From positions 17,905-81,904 of the forward strand of contig CAXTTK010000013.1 of assembly GCA_964247245.1 (NCBI GenBank): a stretch of 64,000 nt of DNA, given 5' to 3'. Positions within the stretch are counted from its first letter, which is position 1. Each line of letters opens with the position of its first letter. Origin of the DNA: an uncultured Aestuariivirga sp. GTDB taxonomy: Bacteria; Pseudomonadota; Alphaproteobacteria; Rhizobiales; Aestuariivirgaceae. The notes under the pieces are model-generated. The model was not told where the DNA came from. It saw only the letters and a program-made list of their open reading frames with translations, and did no database searches. The translations under genes and the position numbers were made by a program. This document shows, in pieces, positions 18,641-28,833 of the stretch.

Positions 18641-21277
18641 ATGACTGTTGTTGTCGTTGAATCGCCTTCTAAGGCCAAAACCATCAATAAATATCTAGGC
18701 CGCGATTTTACGGTGCTGGCATCCTTCGGCCATGTGCGCGATTTGCCAGCTAAAGATGGCTCGGTGAAACCTGATGAAGACTTTGCCATGGATTGGGAGG
18801 TCGACAGCAAATCGGCTAAGCGCCTGTCCGATATTGCCACCGCACTCAAAGGCAGTGACCGCCTTGTTCTAGCGACCGACCCTGACCGCGAAGGCGAAGC
18901 TATTTCTTGGCATGTGTTTGAAGTTTTGAAAAAGAAGGGCGCGCTCAAAGGCAAGACTGTTCAGCGTGTTGCGTTCAATGCCATAACCAAGACTTCGGTT
19001 CTCGAAGCCATGGCGCATCCCCGTGAGGTAGATGGTGCATTGGTTGATGCCTATCTGGCACGGCGTGCTCTGGATTATCTTGTTGGCTTCACCCTTTCGC
19101 CCGTTCTCTGGCGCAAATTGCCGGGTTCGCGTTCGGCAGGCCGTGTGCAATCTGTGGCCCTGCGATTGTTGTGCGATCGTGAATTGGAAATTGAAGCCTT
19201 CAAAAGCCATGAATACTGGACAATTGATGGCACTTTTGTAACCTCAAAGGGCCAAGAATTTTCCGCTGCACTCGCCAGCATCAATGGCAAGCGCCTGGAA
19301 AAGCTGGAACTGAAAGACCAAGCATCGGCACAGGCCATTGAAGCTGCTGTCAAAGGCCAACGCTTCACCGTCGAAAGCCTCGAAAGCAAACCCGCCAAGC
19401 GCCATCCTTATGCGCCATTCCGAACATCCACATTGCAACAAGAAGCGTCGCGCAAACTTGGCTTCTCATCCGCTAAGACGATGCAAATAGCCCAGCGCCT
19501 TTATGAGGGCATGGACATTGGCGGCGAGACTGTGGGTCTTATCACTTATATGCGCACCGATGGCATCGACATGGCACCAGAAGCCATCGCCGCCACGCGC
19601 AATGCAATTTTGAAAAGTTTTGGCGAGCCATATCTTCCATCAGCTCCTCGTGTTTACACATCGAAAGCCAAGAACGCACAGGAAGCCCATGAAGCCATTC
19701 GCCCTACTGATCCGGGCCGTTTGCCCGATCAAGTGAAAGGCGTTCTCGATGGCGAGCAACTTGCACTCTACGATTTAATATGGAAACGCACGATCGCCAG
19801 TCAAATGGAAAGTGCCGAGATGGAGCGCACCACTGCCGACATTGGCACCACAGGCCATGACGGCAAACATTATTCATTCCGCGCTAATGGCTCGGTTGTG
19901 AAGTTTGACGGCTTCCTGCGCGCCTATACTGAGGGCTTAGACGACGAGGAAGATGAAGATGCAAAGCGCCTGCCCGCCATGGCGCGCGGCGATACATCTG
20001 GCGTTAAGAAGATCGAAGGCGTGCAGCATTTCACTGAGCCGCCTCCACGTTATTCTGAAGCTTCGCTTATCAAGAAAATGGAAGAGCTCGGCATTGGCCG
20101 CCCTTCTACTTATGTCAGCATCATGAAAACGCTGAGTGATCGCGGTTATATGCGCGTTGAAAAGAAGCGGCTGATTCCAGACGACAAAGGCCGCATCGTG
20201 ACAGCGTTCTTGGAGTCATTTTTCAAGCGCTACGTGGAATTTGATTTCACTGCGAACCTTGAAGAACAGCTTGACCGGATTTCGGCTGGCGAGATTGATT
20301 ACAAACAAGTGCTGCGTGATTTCTGGAAAGATTTCACTGCCGCCTTGGCCGAAGTCAAAGACCTCCGCATCACGCAAGTAATTGACTCGCTCAATGATAT
20401 GCTGGAGCCGCATATATTTCCGGCCAAAGCCGACGGCAGCGATCCACGCGCCTGCCCATCCTGCGCTGATGGAAAAATGTCCATTAAGCTAGGCCGCTTT
20501 GGATCGTTTGTTGGCTGCACCAATTATCCCACATGTAATTACACAAGGCCTCTCTCAACGAATTCAGCAGATGCTGCATCAGCCATTCCCGCTGGTGGCA
20601 TTCTTCTCGGCAATGACCCTGAAACCCAAATGCCAGTAACAAGGCGCATGGGCCGCTTTGGGCCATACGTGCAATTGGGCGAAGCTGTGGAGGGCGAAAA
20701 ACCACAACGTGCATCAATTCCAAAACGTGTTGATGTGAACACGCTTGATTTGGAACAAGCCTTAAAGCTGCTTTCACTTCCGCGCGAAGTGGGCATTCAT
20801 CCTGAAACCAAAACACCGATCACCGCAAACTTTGGCCGCTTTGGACCTTATATTTTGCATGACGGCGTTTATGCCAACTTGGAAGCAGAAGACGATGTGT
20901 TCACCATCGGCCTGAACCACGCAGTTGATCGCTTGGCCGAGAAACGTTTGAAGGGGCCCTCAACGCGTGCGCGGCCCGGTGCGCTCCGTAGTCTTGGTGT
21001 GCACCCTGATGATAATGAAAAGGTTGAGGTGTTTGGCGGGCGCTATGGTGCCTATGTGAAGCACGGCAAAACCAACGCCACCATCCCGCCAGAGATGACG
21101 ACAGAGTCGATCACTCTGGAACAAGCTTTAGGCCTGATTGCTGAGCGTGAAACCAAGGGCGGCGGTAAGAAAAAAGCTGCGAAGAAAGCACCGGCCAAAA
21201 AAGCTGCTGCAAAAAAGAAACCCGCAAAAAAGGCGGCCAAGAAAGCCGTGAAAAAGCCAGTTGTCAAAGCCGCCTAA
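18641..21277 (+). CDS. topA: DNA topoisomerase I
   Basis: Start trimmed to MTVVVVESPSKAKTINKYLG. Toprim domain, the active-site Tyr region, Zn-ribbon repeats and a Lys/Ala-rich tail. Confidence 0.95.
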   Translation: MTVVVVESPSKAKTINKYLGRDFTVLASFGHVRDLPAKDGSVKPDEDFAMDWEVDSKSAKRLSDIATALKGSDRLVLATDPDREGEAISWHVFEVLKKKGALKGKTVQRVAFNAITKTSVLEAMAHPREVDGALVDAYLARRALDYLVGFTLSPVLWRKLPGSRSAGRVQSVALRLLCDRELEIEAFKSHEYWTIDGTFVTSKGQEFSAALASINGKRLEKLELKDQASAQAIEAAVKGQRFTVESLESKPAKRHPYAPFRTSTLQQEASRKLGFSSAKTMQIAQRLYEGMDIGGETVGLITYMRTDGIDMAPEAIAATRNAILKSFGEPYLPSAPRVYTSKAKNAQEAHEAIRPTDPGRLPDQVKGVLDGEQLALYDLIWKRTIASQMESAEMERTTADIGTTGHDGKHYSFRANGSVVKFDGFLRAYTEGLDDEEDEDAKRLPAMARGDTSGVKKIEGVQHFTEPPPRYSEASLIKKMEELGIGRPSTYVSIMKTLSDRGYMRVEKKRLIPDDKGRIVTAFLESFFKRYVEFDFTANLEEQLDRISAGEIDYKQVLRDFWKDFTAALAEVKDLRITQVIDSLNDMLEPHIFPAKADGSDPRACPSCADGKMSIKLGRFGSFVGCTNYPTCNYTRPLSTNSADAASAIPAGGILLGNDPETQMPVTRRMGRFGPYVQLGEAVEGEKPQRASIPKRVDVNTLDLEQALKLLSLPREVGIHPETKTPITANFGRFGPYILHDGVYANLEAEDDVFTIGLNHAVDRLAEKRLKGPSTRARPGALRSLGVHPDDNEKVEVFGGRYGAYVKHGKTNATIPPEMTTESITLEQALGLIAERETKGGGKKKAAKKAPAKKAAAKKKPAKKAAKKAVKKPVVKAA

Positions 21278-23501
21278 ACCGCCAGCAAAACCGTCAAAAC
21301 ATCCCGGCGTTCCCTCGCCTGATGACATCCTCAAATTTGTGGCGAGTTCACCTAGTGTGGTAGGCAAGCGTGAGATTGGCCGCGCCTTCGGCATTAAAGG
21401 CAATGACAAGATTAAGCTGAAGCAAGTTTTAAAAGACATGCAAGACCAGGGCACGCTTGGTGGCAAGAAGCGCCGCATGACGGCAAAGGGCCATCTGCCA
21501 CCAGTCACCATCATTCAAGTCGAGGGCCTTGACCATGATGGCGAAGCTTGGGGCATTCCCGTTGAATGGGACGAAGCTGCAGGCAAACCGCCAAAGTTAT
21601 TGATCGAACTGGCCTCGGGTAAAGCGCCTGCTGTGGGTGACCGCGTGCTCGCTAAAATCGAAGCTCTATCGGGCAAAGGTCCCTATGCGCATAAAGCTAA
21701 AGTCATGCGCGTGTTGTCGGATCGTGCAGGCCGCGTGTTGGCGATATTCCGTATCGTCAAAGGCGAAGGTGCGCGGCTTGTGCCTGTCGATAAGAAAGCC
21801 CGATACGATCTGCAAGTTTTGAAAGGTGATGAAGGCGGCGCACTGAATGGCGAATTAGTGGCCGCTGAGATCATCAAAGATCAAGGGCGTGGCATGCCCA
21901 TTGCGCGCGTGCGCGAACGTTTGGGGGACATGGCCGACCCGCGCAATATCTCGCTGATCGCCATCCATCAACATGGCATTCCCAATGCATTTCCTGCAAA
22001 GGTTTTGGAAGAGTCCGAAGCGCTCAAAACGTTCAGAGAAGCGGGCCGCATGGATCTGCGCGATGTGCCATTGATAACAATAGATCCACCCGATGCGCGT
22101 GATCATGATGATGCGGTGTGGGCCGAGCATGACGATAGTGCCGCAAACCCCGGCGGCTTTAATGTGATCGTAGCGATTGCTGATGTATCTGTTTACGTCC
22201 GCCCCGGTTCGGCACTGGATAAAGAAGCGCGCATCAGAGGCAATTCAGTTTATTTCCCAGACCGCGTTGTGCCGATGTTGCCTGAACGCATTTCCAATGA
22301 TCTCTGTTCATTGCGCGAAAAAGAACTGCGTCCTGCGCTTGCCTGCTTTATGACCTTCGATAAATCAGGCCGCAAGAAATCGCACCACTTCAAACGCGTG
22401 ACAATGCGCTCCGCCGCAAAGCTTTCTTACGAAGAAGCGCAAGCCGCAATTGACGGTCGTCCATCGCCCAAAGCCGAAAGCTTGGTCGAACCAGTGTTGA
22501 AACCGCTTTGGGCCGCCTATGCCGCTTTGAAAAAAGCTCAGGATGCCCGCAGCCCGTTGAACCTTGATTTGCCCGAGCGCAAAATTATTCTCGATGCAAC
22601 CGGTGCCGTGGCGCGGGTGACTGTGCCAATGCGTTTGGATGCGCATAAACTGATTGAAGAATTTATGATACAAGCCAATGTGGCCGCAGCAGAAGAATTA
22701 GAAAATAAAAAAACGCCCCTGCTCTACCGCGTCCATGAACAACCGTCTCAAGAGAAAATCAAAGCGCTCGCAACATTTCTCAAAACTGTGAATCGCGAAT
22801 TGCCTTTGGGGCAAATTATCAAGCCTTCGCATTTCAACAAGCTGCTGGCATCCGTGAAGGGCGAGGATTTTGAACAGCTGGTGCACCAGATTGTTTTGCG
22901 CACCCAAGCACAAGCTGTCTATCGCTCAGAAAACGCTGGTCACTTCGGCCTCACCTTGCGCCGCTATGCGCATTTCACGTCACCCATCCGGCGCTACGCT
23001 GATTTGATTGTCCACCGCGCGTTGATCAGCGCCCTGAATATGGGTAGCGATGGCTTGTCTGAGTTCGACATTGCCAATCTCGATGAAACCGCAGAAATGA
23101 TAAGCACCGCCGAACGCCGTGCGATGGTGGCCGAGCGCGAAACCAATGACCGCCTGATTGCTTCATATCTTGCCCCGCAAGTGGGTGCAGTGTTCAACGG
23201 CCGCATCGGCGGCGTAGTGGGCGCAGGCCTGTTTGTAAATTTGGAAGAAACCGGAGCGGACGGCTTTGTGCCCGCCGCCACGCTTGGCCGTGATTACTAC
23301 GTCTACGACGAAGTGCGCCACGCATTGATCGGCGAGCGTACAGGCGAGACCTTCCAGATGGGCGATATCGTAAAAGTGAAGCTCGTCGAAGCCGCCCCCG
23401 TCAAAGGTGGCCTCAAATTCGAAATCGTCGGCGAGGGCCGCAAGGGCGAGAGGCCGAAGATTCGCGGCAAATCGCGCAAGCCACAGCGCGGGCGGCGGTA
23501 A
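21261..23501 (+). CDS. rnr: Ribonuclease R
   Basis: 746 aa with RNB domain motifs (IDPPDARDHDDAV), a C-terminal S1 domain and a basic tail. The TTG start overlapping the topA end is uncertain. Confidence 0.9.
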   Translation: MSKPPKPPAKPSKHPGVPSPDDILKFVASSPSVVGKREIGRAFGIKGNDKIKLKQVLKDMQDQGTLGGKKRRMTAKGHLPPVTIIQVEGLDHDGEAWGIPVEWDEAAGKPPKLLIELASGKAPAVGDRVLAKIEALSGKGPYAHKAKVMRVLSDRAGRVLAIFRIVKGEGARLVPVDKKARYDLQVLKGDEGGALNGELVAAEIIKDQGRGMPIARVRERLGDMADPRNISLIAIHQHGIPNAFPAKVLEESEALKTFREAGRMDLRDVPLITIDPPDARDHDDAVWAEHDDSAANPGGFNVIVAIADVSVYVRPGSALDKEARIRGNSVYFPDRVVPMLPERISNDLCSLREKELRPALACFMTFDKSGRKKSHHFKRVTMRSAAKLSYEEAQAAIDGRPSPKAESLVEPVLKPLWAAYAALKKAQDARSPLNLDLPERKIILDATGAVARVTVPMRLDAHKLIEEFMIQANVAAAEELENKKTPLLYRVHEQPSQEKIKALATFLKTVNRELPLGQIIKPSHFNKLLASVKGEDFEQLVHQIVLRTQAQAVYRSENAGHFGLTLRRYAHFTSPIRRYADLIVHRALISALNMGSDGLSEFDIANLDETAEMISTAERRAMVAERETNDRLIASYLAPQVGAVFNGRIGGVVGAGLFVNLEETGADGFVPAATLGRDYYVYDEVRHALIGERTGETFQMGDIVKVKLVEAAPVKGGLKFEIVGEGRKGERPKIRGKSRKPQRGRR

Positions 23502-23589
23502 ACCTTTCCCTTCAACAACCTTGCGACCCCTTGCCGCTGCGGCGGTTGGTGGGTTTGTAATCACTCGACGTCAAGCTCAAATCCATTAT

Positions 23590-23979
23590 ATGTTCGAAAT
23601 CAGATCATGGCCTCAAGCGATTTGGCGCGGTTTTCGCTGCAAGTGCCCGGCTTGTGGCCAAGGGCGGATGTTCTACAAATATCTGAAAGTTGTCGACCAA
23701 TGCCCATCCTGTGGCGAGGATCTCCATTATCAGCGCGCCGATGATGCGCCGCCTTATCTGACTATCATGGCCGTAGGTCACCTCATCGTACCCGCCCTGT
23801 TCATCGTTGAACGCCTATGGAAACCCGCCGTTTGGATTCATATGGCAATCTGGTTGCCACTCACCCTGATCCTCACCCTCGCCCTTTTGCCCATGTTCAA
23901 AGGTGCTGTAGTGGGCCTGCAATGGGCGCTGCGGATGCATGGGTTCGGGCTGACTGGTGCGTTTGACTCAGATCAATAA
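23590..23979 (+). CDS. DUF983-family membrane zinc-ribbon protein
   Basis: Start trimmed to MFEIRSWPQ. CPACGQG...CPSCG zinc ribbon followed by two TM helices. Confidence 0.7.
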   Translation: MFEIRSWPQAIWRGFRCKCPACGQGRMFYKYLKVVDQCPSCGEDLHYQRADDAPPYLTIMAVGHLIVPALFIVERLWKPAVWIHMAIWLPLTLILTLALLPMFKGAVVGLQWALRMHGFGLTGAFDSDQ

Positions 23980-24152
23980 TGTGGTGGACCAATCTGAATT
24001 TTAGAGAGCGCTATTAAAGCTCATCATTTGTGGCTGAATTTAATCATTCGCGGACAAGAACACTCACTATCCAAAGTTTCATAAAGAGCCGAGAAGAAAC
24101 AAGTAGATTAAATTAGGACTGTGAGTTTTTGAATACAGAACTCGGCCATCAG

Positions 24153-25145
24153 TTATTTGCTGCGAACATCAGCGGCAACTTTTTCAGCGAACGCGCTCGT
24201 TCGCGCAAGTTGCGCCGAGTCGAGCTGCCATCGTTCCGTTGCGAAATAGATTGATATACTTTGTTCAGTTCGCCAATCTGACCGAATGTCATTCCACTCA
24301 GTTGTCTCATACTTCTCTATTTTGAATGGCGGTGGCACTGTATCCAATATCAATATGCCGGCAATTGATAGATCGGCTGACACAGATAGTCCTGTTTGCC
24401 ATCCGCCGATATGGAGAGATGCCGCATCTTGTCCCATGCCGTAAAATGTCAAATATGATCGAGCATAGCCTATTCCCACCACAAAACTCAAATTTGAGAA
24501 ACGGACTGGTCGCCCGTTATAGTCCTCGAAACTTGCGCCACCAGGAACATGAAAAGAAGCTTCATCCGTCCAACTATATGGTGAGAACGAATACTTCAAA
24601 CCCACGCCAGCGCTGACTGTATTGACTGTGCCACTGGCCTCGTCACCCTTGGTGTTTCTGATTTTGACCCGTAAAATATTGAAACCCAAACCCGCGTCAA
24701 TTGATCCAGTAACACCAACACTCGCATACCAAAATTCATCTCTAGTAGGGCGATTGTAGTGATTGATCACTTTAGTCGGCATAGTGTCTTGGTTAGAACG
24801 TGCAATTTTGACAACAACATCAACACGTCGAAATTGGGCATCATCACTCGTCTTGCTGTTTCCGGACTGCGTGAAGGCCTCCCGCTGGCCAACGCTGATG
24901 GCACCAATAACGGCCGACTGATCGGGTTGAAGATCATCCTGATATTCAACGTTTTTTATGAAGTTGAGTTTATAGTTTCCCAGTGCGCGTGTCAGGTCCG
25001 ACTCGAATTGCTTTAGGAAGGCGTCCGCCCTTTGTTGTCCAAGTTTTTCATTAAGTTGGACTCGTTGCGCATCAGATCCAGTTCCCCGCCAGCGGGGGCT
25101 TGCATGGCCAACGATCGAACACTTTACAGTAAGCTGAGTATTCAT
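24153..25145 (-). CDS. Orphan hypothetical protein with OmpA-like motifs at both termini
   Basis: 330 aa in an AT-rich stretch. N-terminus VGHASPRWRG..N..LGQQRADAF...FRRVDVVV resembles the distal half of an OmpA_C/MotB domain. C-terminus ISIYFATERWQLDSAQL...EKVAADV resembles the proximal half. No signal peptide. Confidence 0.5.
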   Translation of the reverse strand: MNTQLTVKCSIVGHASPRWRGTGSDAQRVQLNEKLGQQRADAFLKQFESDLTRALGNYKLNFIKNVEYQDDLQPDQSAVIGAISVGQREAFTQSGNSKTSDDAQFRRVDVVVKIARSNQDTMPTKVINHYNRPTRDEFWYASVGVTGSIDAGLGFNILRVKIRNTKGDEASGTVNTVSAGVGLKYSFSPYSWTDEASFHVPGGASFEDYNGRPVRFSNLSFVVGIGYARSYLTFYGMGQDAASLHIGGWQTGLSVSADLSIAGILILDTVPPPFKIEKYETTEWNDIRSDWRTEQSISIYFATERWQLDSAQLARTSAFAEKVAADVRSK

Positions 25146-25525
25146 TGCATGAACCTTCTTTCAAACAGTGATGTTCTTTGGGCAACAGATTGCCGAGAAA
25201 CTCATTTGAATTAAGTAACGAACCCCACTCTAAACTTAGTGATAAACACAGTGTATAACATCCCCCGAAATGAGGATGGTCTCCGATCGGCGCATTGTGG
25301 GGGATATGGCATGTCCCGCTCCCCGCATTGAAATTGGCTTGGCCTGCAAAAACTTCTCAGTCTGCTCTGCTTTGGCTCAGTCAAGACGTTATTGTCAGGT
25401 TTTGAATGTCTTGCACCTGAGTGGAAAGTATAAGTTCAGACTGATCCAATACCAAATTATAGGCCGCGCTTGACTTTTCAGGACAATTCCTGTCTATCCG
25501 CCCCAACAGACATTCGGAGACTATT

Positions 25526-25693
25526 ATGGCTAAAGGTAACGTGATCAAGATTAAGCTGGCATCTACTGCCGACACAGGCTTTTTCTATGTGACCAAGAAA
25601 AATTCGCGCACCAAGACTGAGAAATTCTCGTTCATGAAATATGACCCCGTTGTGCGTAAGCATGTTGAATTCAAGGAAACCAAGATCAAGTAA
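25526..25693 (+). CDS. rpmG: 50S ribosomal protein L33
   Basis: Hand-found 55-aa [58 protein letters not shown] with a GGAGA RBS. Confidence 0.9.
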   Translation: MAKGNVIKIKLASTADTGFFYVTKKNSRTKTEKFSFMKYDPVVRKHVEFKETKIK

Positions 25694-25717
25694 TTTAACG
25701 GGTTTTGACAGTCTAAT

Positions 25718-25746
25718 AAGCGCTCAGAAATGGGCGCTTTTTTGTT
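25718..25746 (+). terminator. Rho-independent terminator after rpmG
   Basis: AAGCGC...GCGCTT stem followed by TTTTTG. Confidence 0.6.
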
Positions 25747-26018
25747 GTTCAAATTTGAGATTTAAGGTGCCGGCTCGGGTTTATTGTAAACGAGGAGGCC
25801 ACTCAGTTACAGCCCGAGCCAGCGAGCCAACGAAATCAGGAGATGCGGCGGGCCTGACCCCGAAGGCTTTATTTACAGAAGCATTTTTGCTTCAGATAAG
25901 ATGCTTGAGGAACGGCTCTCGGTGCAGGAGCGCCGTTCCTCTGAGGTAATGTCCGGCGCCTTGGAGAAAGCTAACGGACGCATTCGAAATCATGTATAAG
26001 TTTATGCAACTTGGCGCA

Positions 26019-26052
26019 TAAAAAATCCAGCGTAACCTATGGTAAACGCTGG
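26019..26052 (-). terminator. Rho-independent terminator after scpB
   Basis: CCAGCGT (26027-33) pairs with ACGCTGG (26046-52). On the minus strand the stem is followed by ATTTTTTA. Confidence 0.55.
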
Positions 26053-26089
26053 GCCTTTTAATTTAACCATGAATCATTAAGGTAAACGC

Positions 26090-26815
26090 TTAAACGATCT
26101 CCCCGCCCTCTTCAGCTGCGGGTGCTGCATTTTCATCTGGCAAATGCATTTCAAGTGGCAGTTGTTCCGTGCCATCAAGCGGTTCTTCATCCGCCGTTAG
26201 TTCGTCTGTAACGCGTGGCATTGGCACATCAAATCCCGGCGGAATGTTGCCGTCCAAAAGCCCGGCGGCTTTCAACTCGTGCAAGCCTGGCAAATCAGTG
26301 AGTTCATTCAAGCCGAAATGGCTGAGGAACTCTGGCGTTGTTCCGTAAGTCACGGGGCGGCCCGGCGTCTTGCGCCTGCCCCGCATGCGCACCCAACCGA
26401 TTTCCAAAAGATTATCTAAAGTGCCCTTAGAAATCGCCACACCACGAATATCTTCAATTTCGGCACGGGTGACAGGCTGGTGATAGGCGCAAATTGATAG
26501 TGTTTCGAGTGCCGCCTTACTCAGCTTTTTCTGTTCCTTTGTTTCACGACGCAAAATTGTGCCCATATCCGGCGCCGTTCGCATGGCCCATTTGCCTGCC
26601 ACCTGCACGAGGTTTACGCCACGATTCTCATAGTTGCTCTGCAAATCAGCGAGCAGCCCGAGAATATCCGTGCCCTCGCCCAAAAACTCTTGAAATTTTT
26701 CGATGCCAACAGGCTCAGCCGACGCAAACAACATGGCTTCGACAATCCGTAAATTTTGACTGCGCTCAGCATGCGGATGCATGGTGACGATTGTTTCTTC
26801 GGTATCGTCTGTCAT
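26090..26815 (-). CDS. scpB: Segregation and condensation protein B
   Basis: Motif IVEAMLFASAEPV and two wHTH domains. The start is either ATG 26815 or the TTG at 26860 that overlaps the scpA stop. Confidence 0.85.
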   Translation of the reverse strand: MTDDTEETIVTMHPHAERSQNLRIVEAMLFASAEPVGIEKFQEFLGEGTDILGLLADLQSNYENRGVNLVQVAGKWAMRTAPDMGTILRRETKEQKKLSKAALETLSICAYHQPVTRAEIEDIRGVAISKGTLDNLLEIGWVRMRGRRKTPGRPVTYGTTPEFLSHFGLNELTDLPGLHELKAAGLLDGNIPPGFDVPMPRVTDELTADEEPLDGTEQLPLEMHLPDENAAPAAEEGGEIV

Positions 26816-26856
26816 GTCCTGCTCTTTCTCTATTGGCAAAGCTTGTGAATGCAAAA

Positions 26857-27702
26857 TCAATTTCCTTCAACAACAGCCAAATGTCGGCGGCGCATATAAA
26901 TGGGTGTAAAAGCTTCATCTTGGCGCATTTCAATGCGGCCATCACGCGCCAGTTCGAGACTTGCTGTGAAACTGGACGCACGCACCGAACGACGTGTGGC
27001 GGGTGTGGCCAAATAAACTTCAAGCCAACGATCAAAAGTGCCCCACTCATCCATGGTTCCCACAAGGCGCTCTAATGCCTCGCGCGCCTCTTTGATCGAC
27101 CAAGTGGGTTGGCGCTTTACTGTGTAAGTCTGGCGCACCACTTTACGTTGACGACGATCCGCATAGGCCTTGAGTAGATCAATCAAGTTATCGCTATATT
27201 CGCGCTGCACATCGACCACCAAAGGCTGAGGCTCGCCGCGTTCAAATACATGAAGCCCAAGTTGCGGCATTGTTAAGATTTTTGCTGCTGCATCACGCAT
27301 CGCCGCTAAACGTTGCAAACGGAACGCAAGTCGAGCCGCCATATCTTGCGGTTGCGCTTCATCAGTGCTGGGAGGTGCTGGGATCAACAAGCGTGATTTG
27401 AGATAGGCAAGCCATGCCGCCATCACCAAATAATCAGCAGCAACATCAAGACGCATTTTTTGAGCACGCTCAATGAAAATCAAATATTGATTAGCCAGCG
27501 CCAAAATCGAGACTTGAGCCAGATCAATTTTATGAGCACGCGCCAATTCTAACAGCAAATCCAGCGGGCCTTCGAAGCCACCCACATCAACAATCAATTC
27601 ATCGACATCGGACTCAGGCATAACACGCAAAGCAGCTTGGCCTTCGGGCCATGCGTCCTGCTCAACGGGTGTTATTGGTTCGGCCACTATGTCGTTCTCC
27701 AT
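26857..27702 (-). CDS. scpA: Segregation and condensation protein A
   Basis: 281 aa. Motif FEGPLDLLLELARAHKIDL. Confidence 0.85.
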   Translation of the reverse strand: MENDIVAEPITPVEQDAWPEGQAALRVMPESDVDELIVDVGGFEGPLDLLLELARAHKIDLAQVSILALANQYLIFIERAQKMRLDVAADYLVMAAWLAYLKSRLLIPAPPSTDEAQPQDMAARLAFRLQRLAAMRDAAAKILTMPQLGLHVFERGEPQPLVVDVQREYSDNLIDLLKAYADRRQRKVVRQTYTVKRQPTWSIKEAREALERLVGTMDEWGTFDRWLEVYLATPATRRSVRASSFTASLELARDGRIEMRQDEAFTPIYMRRRHLAVVEGN

Positions 27703-27764
27703 CCGCCAGTGTTTACTGAATAAAAGGCGGCGATTCGAATGTTATGGCAAGCTTATCCCCAGTT

Positions 27765-28781
27765 TCAAACGCTGAGAATGGCTTCCAAATCGTTCAGAGC
27801 CTGCTTCTTGTCATAAGGCAACGGTTTGCGCTTGGTTTTCAAAGCCTGTTTGGCGCGGCGCATTGCTTTACCTGCGAGCGGAACTGCAGCCTCTGCCACC
27901 TCTTCCATTTCGCTCATAACGCCATTGCAATGCAAAAGCATGTCGCAACCAGCTGCTAACGCCAGATTGGCCTTTTCGGTAAAACTGCCTTGAAGTGCTT
28001 TCATTGATAAATCATCTGTCATCAAAAGACCTTCAAAGCCGATCAGTTTACGAACGACATTTTTGATGATCTTGCGCGATAAAGTTGCTGGAAAATCCTT
28101 ATCAAGAGCCTCGTAAATCACATGCGCTGTCATAGCCATCGGACAATCGGCAAAACCGACAAATGGCAAGAAATCGACTCTCTCAAGTTCCATGCGCGTC
28201 GCCTTTACAACTGGCAAGTTGTGGTGGCTATCAACTTCAGCACGGCCATGGCCGGGAATATGTTTCATTACCGGCAGAACACCGCCTTCCATAAGCCCAA
28301 CTGTGTGAGCACGTGAAAGTACCATAATGTGTTCAGGGCGCATCGAGTAGGCACGGTTTCCGATCACATCGTGAGCGCCGGGTTGAGGAACATCAAGCAC
28401 CGGCAGACAGCTCGCCGTAATACCAATCTCTGCCATATCATCAGCCATCAATCGGCCAACACTTCGCGCCGTCTTTAACGCCAATGTCGGGCAACGATCA
28501 TATTGCTTTCCATATTCGATAGCTGCCGGATACTTGCGCCAATAATTGGAAGGCGGCCCAAGTCGTTGAACGCGACCGCCTTCTTGATCGATAAACACAG
28601 GCGCATCTTTGCGGCCGACAGCTCCGCGAAACTGGGCGGTAAGATTGCGGATTTGATCAGGGCTCTCGCAATTACGCTTAAAGAGAATCAATCCCCAAGG
28701 ATTGGTCTTTTTGAAAAATTGAACTTCGTCCGGTGACAACGACAGGTTTGCGCAACCGCTAATAAAGGAACGTATTGTCAT
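27765..28781 (-). CDS. nagZ: Beta-N-acetylhexosaminidase (GH3)
   Basis: KHIPGHGRAEVDSH motif; 338 aa. Confidence 0.85.
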   Translation of the reverse strand: MTIRSFISGCANLSLSPDEVQFFKKTNPWGLILFKRNCESPDQIRNLTAQFRGAVGRKDAPVFIDQEGGRVQRLGPPSNYWRKYPAAIEYGKQYDRCPTLALKTARSVGRLMADDMAEIGITASCLPVLDVPQPGAHDVIGNRAYSMRPEHIMVLSRAHTVGLMEGGVLPVMKHIPGHGRAEVDSHHNLPVVKATRMELERVDFLPFVGFADCPMAMTAHVIYEALDKDFPATLSRKIIKNVVRKLIGFEGLLMTDDLSMKALQGSFTEKANLALAAGCDMLLHCNGVMSEMEEVAEAAVPLAGKAMRRAKQALKTKRKPLPYDKKQALNDLEAILSV

Positions 28782-28833
28782 TTGACTTTAATGAACTTTC
28801 AGAAATAGATACAATTTCTAGTTAGTGCGGAAT

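Noticed and set aside
21052-21514. Phe/Ala-rich minus-strand ORFs (21052-21267 and 21128-21514).
   Set aside because: They are the reverse complement of the Lys/Ala-rich TopA tail and of the rnr 5' end.
25641-25949. A 102-aa ORF overlapping the 3' end of rpmG.
   Set aside because: It starts inside rpmG in another frame, runs through the rpmG terminator and hairpin-rich DNA, and has no RBS.
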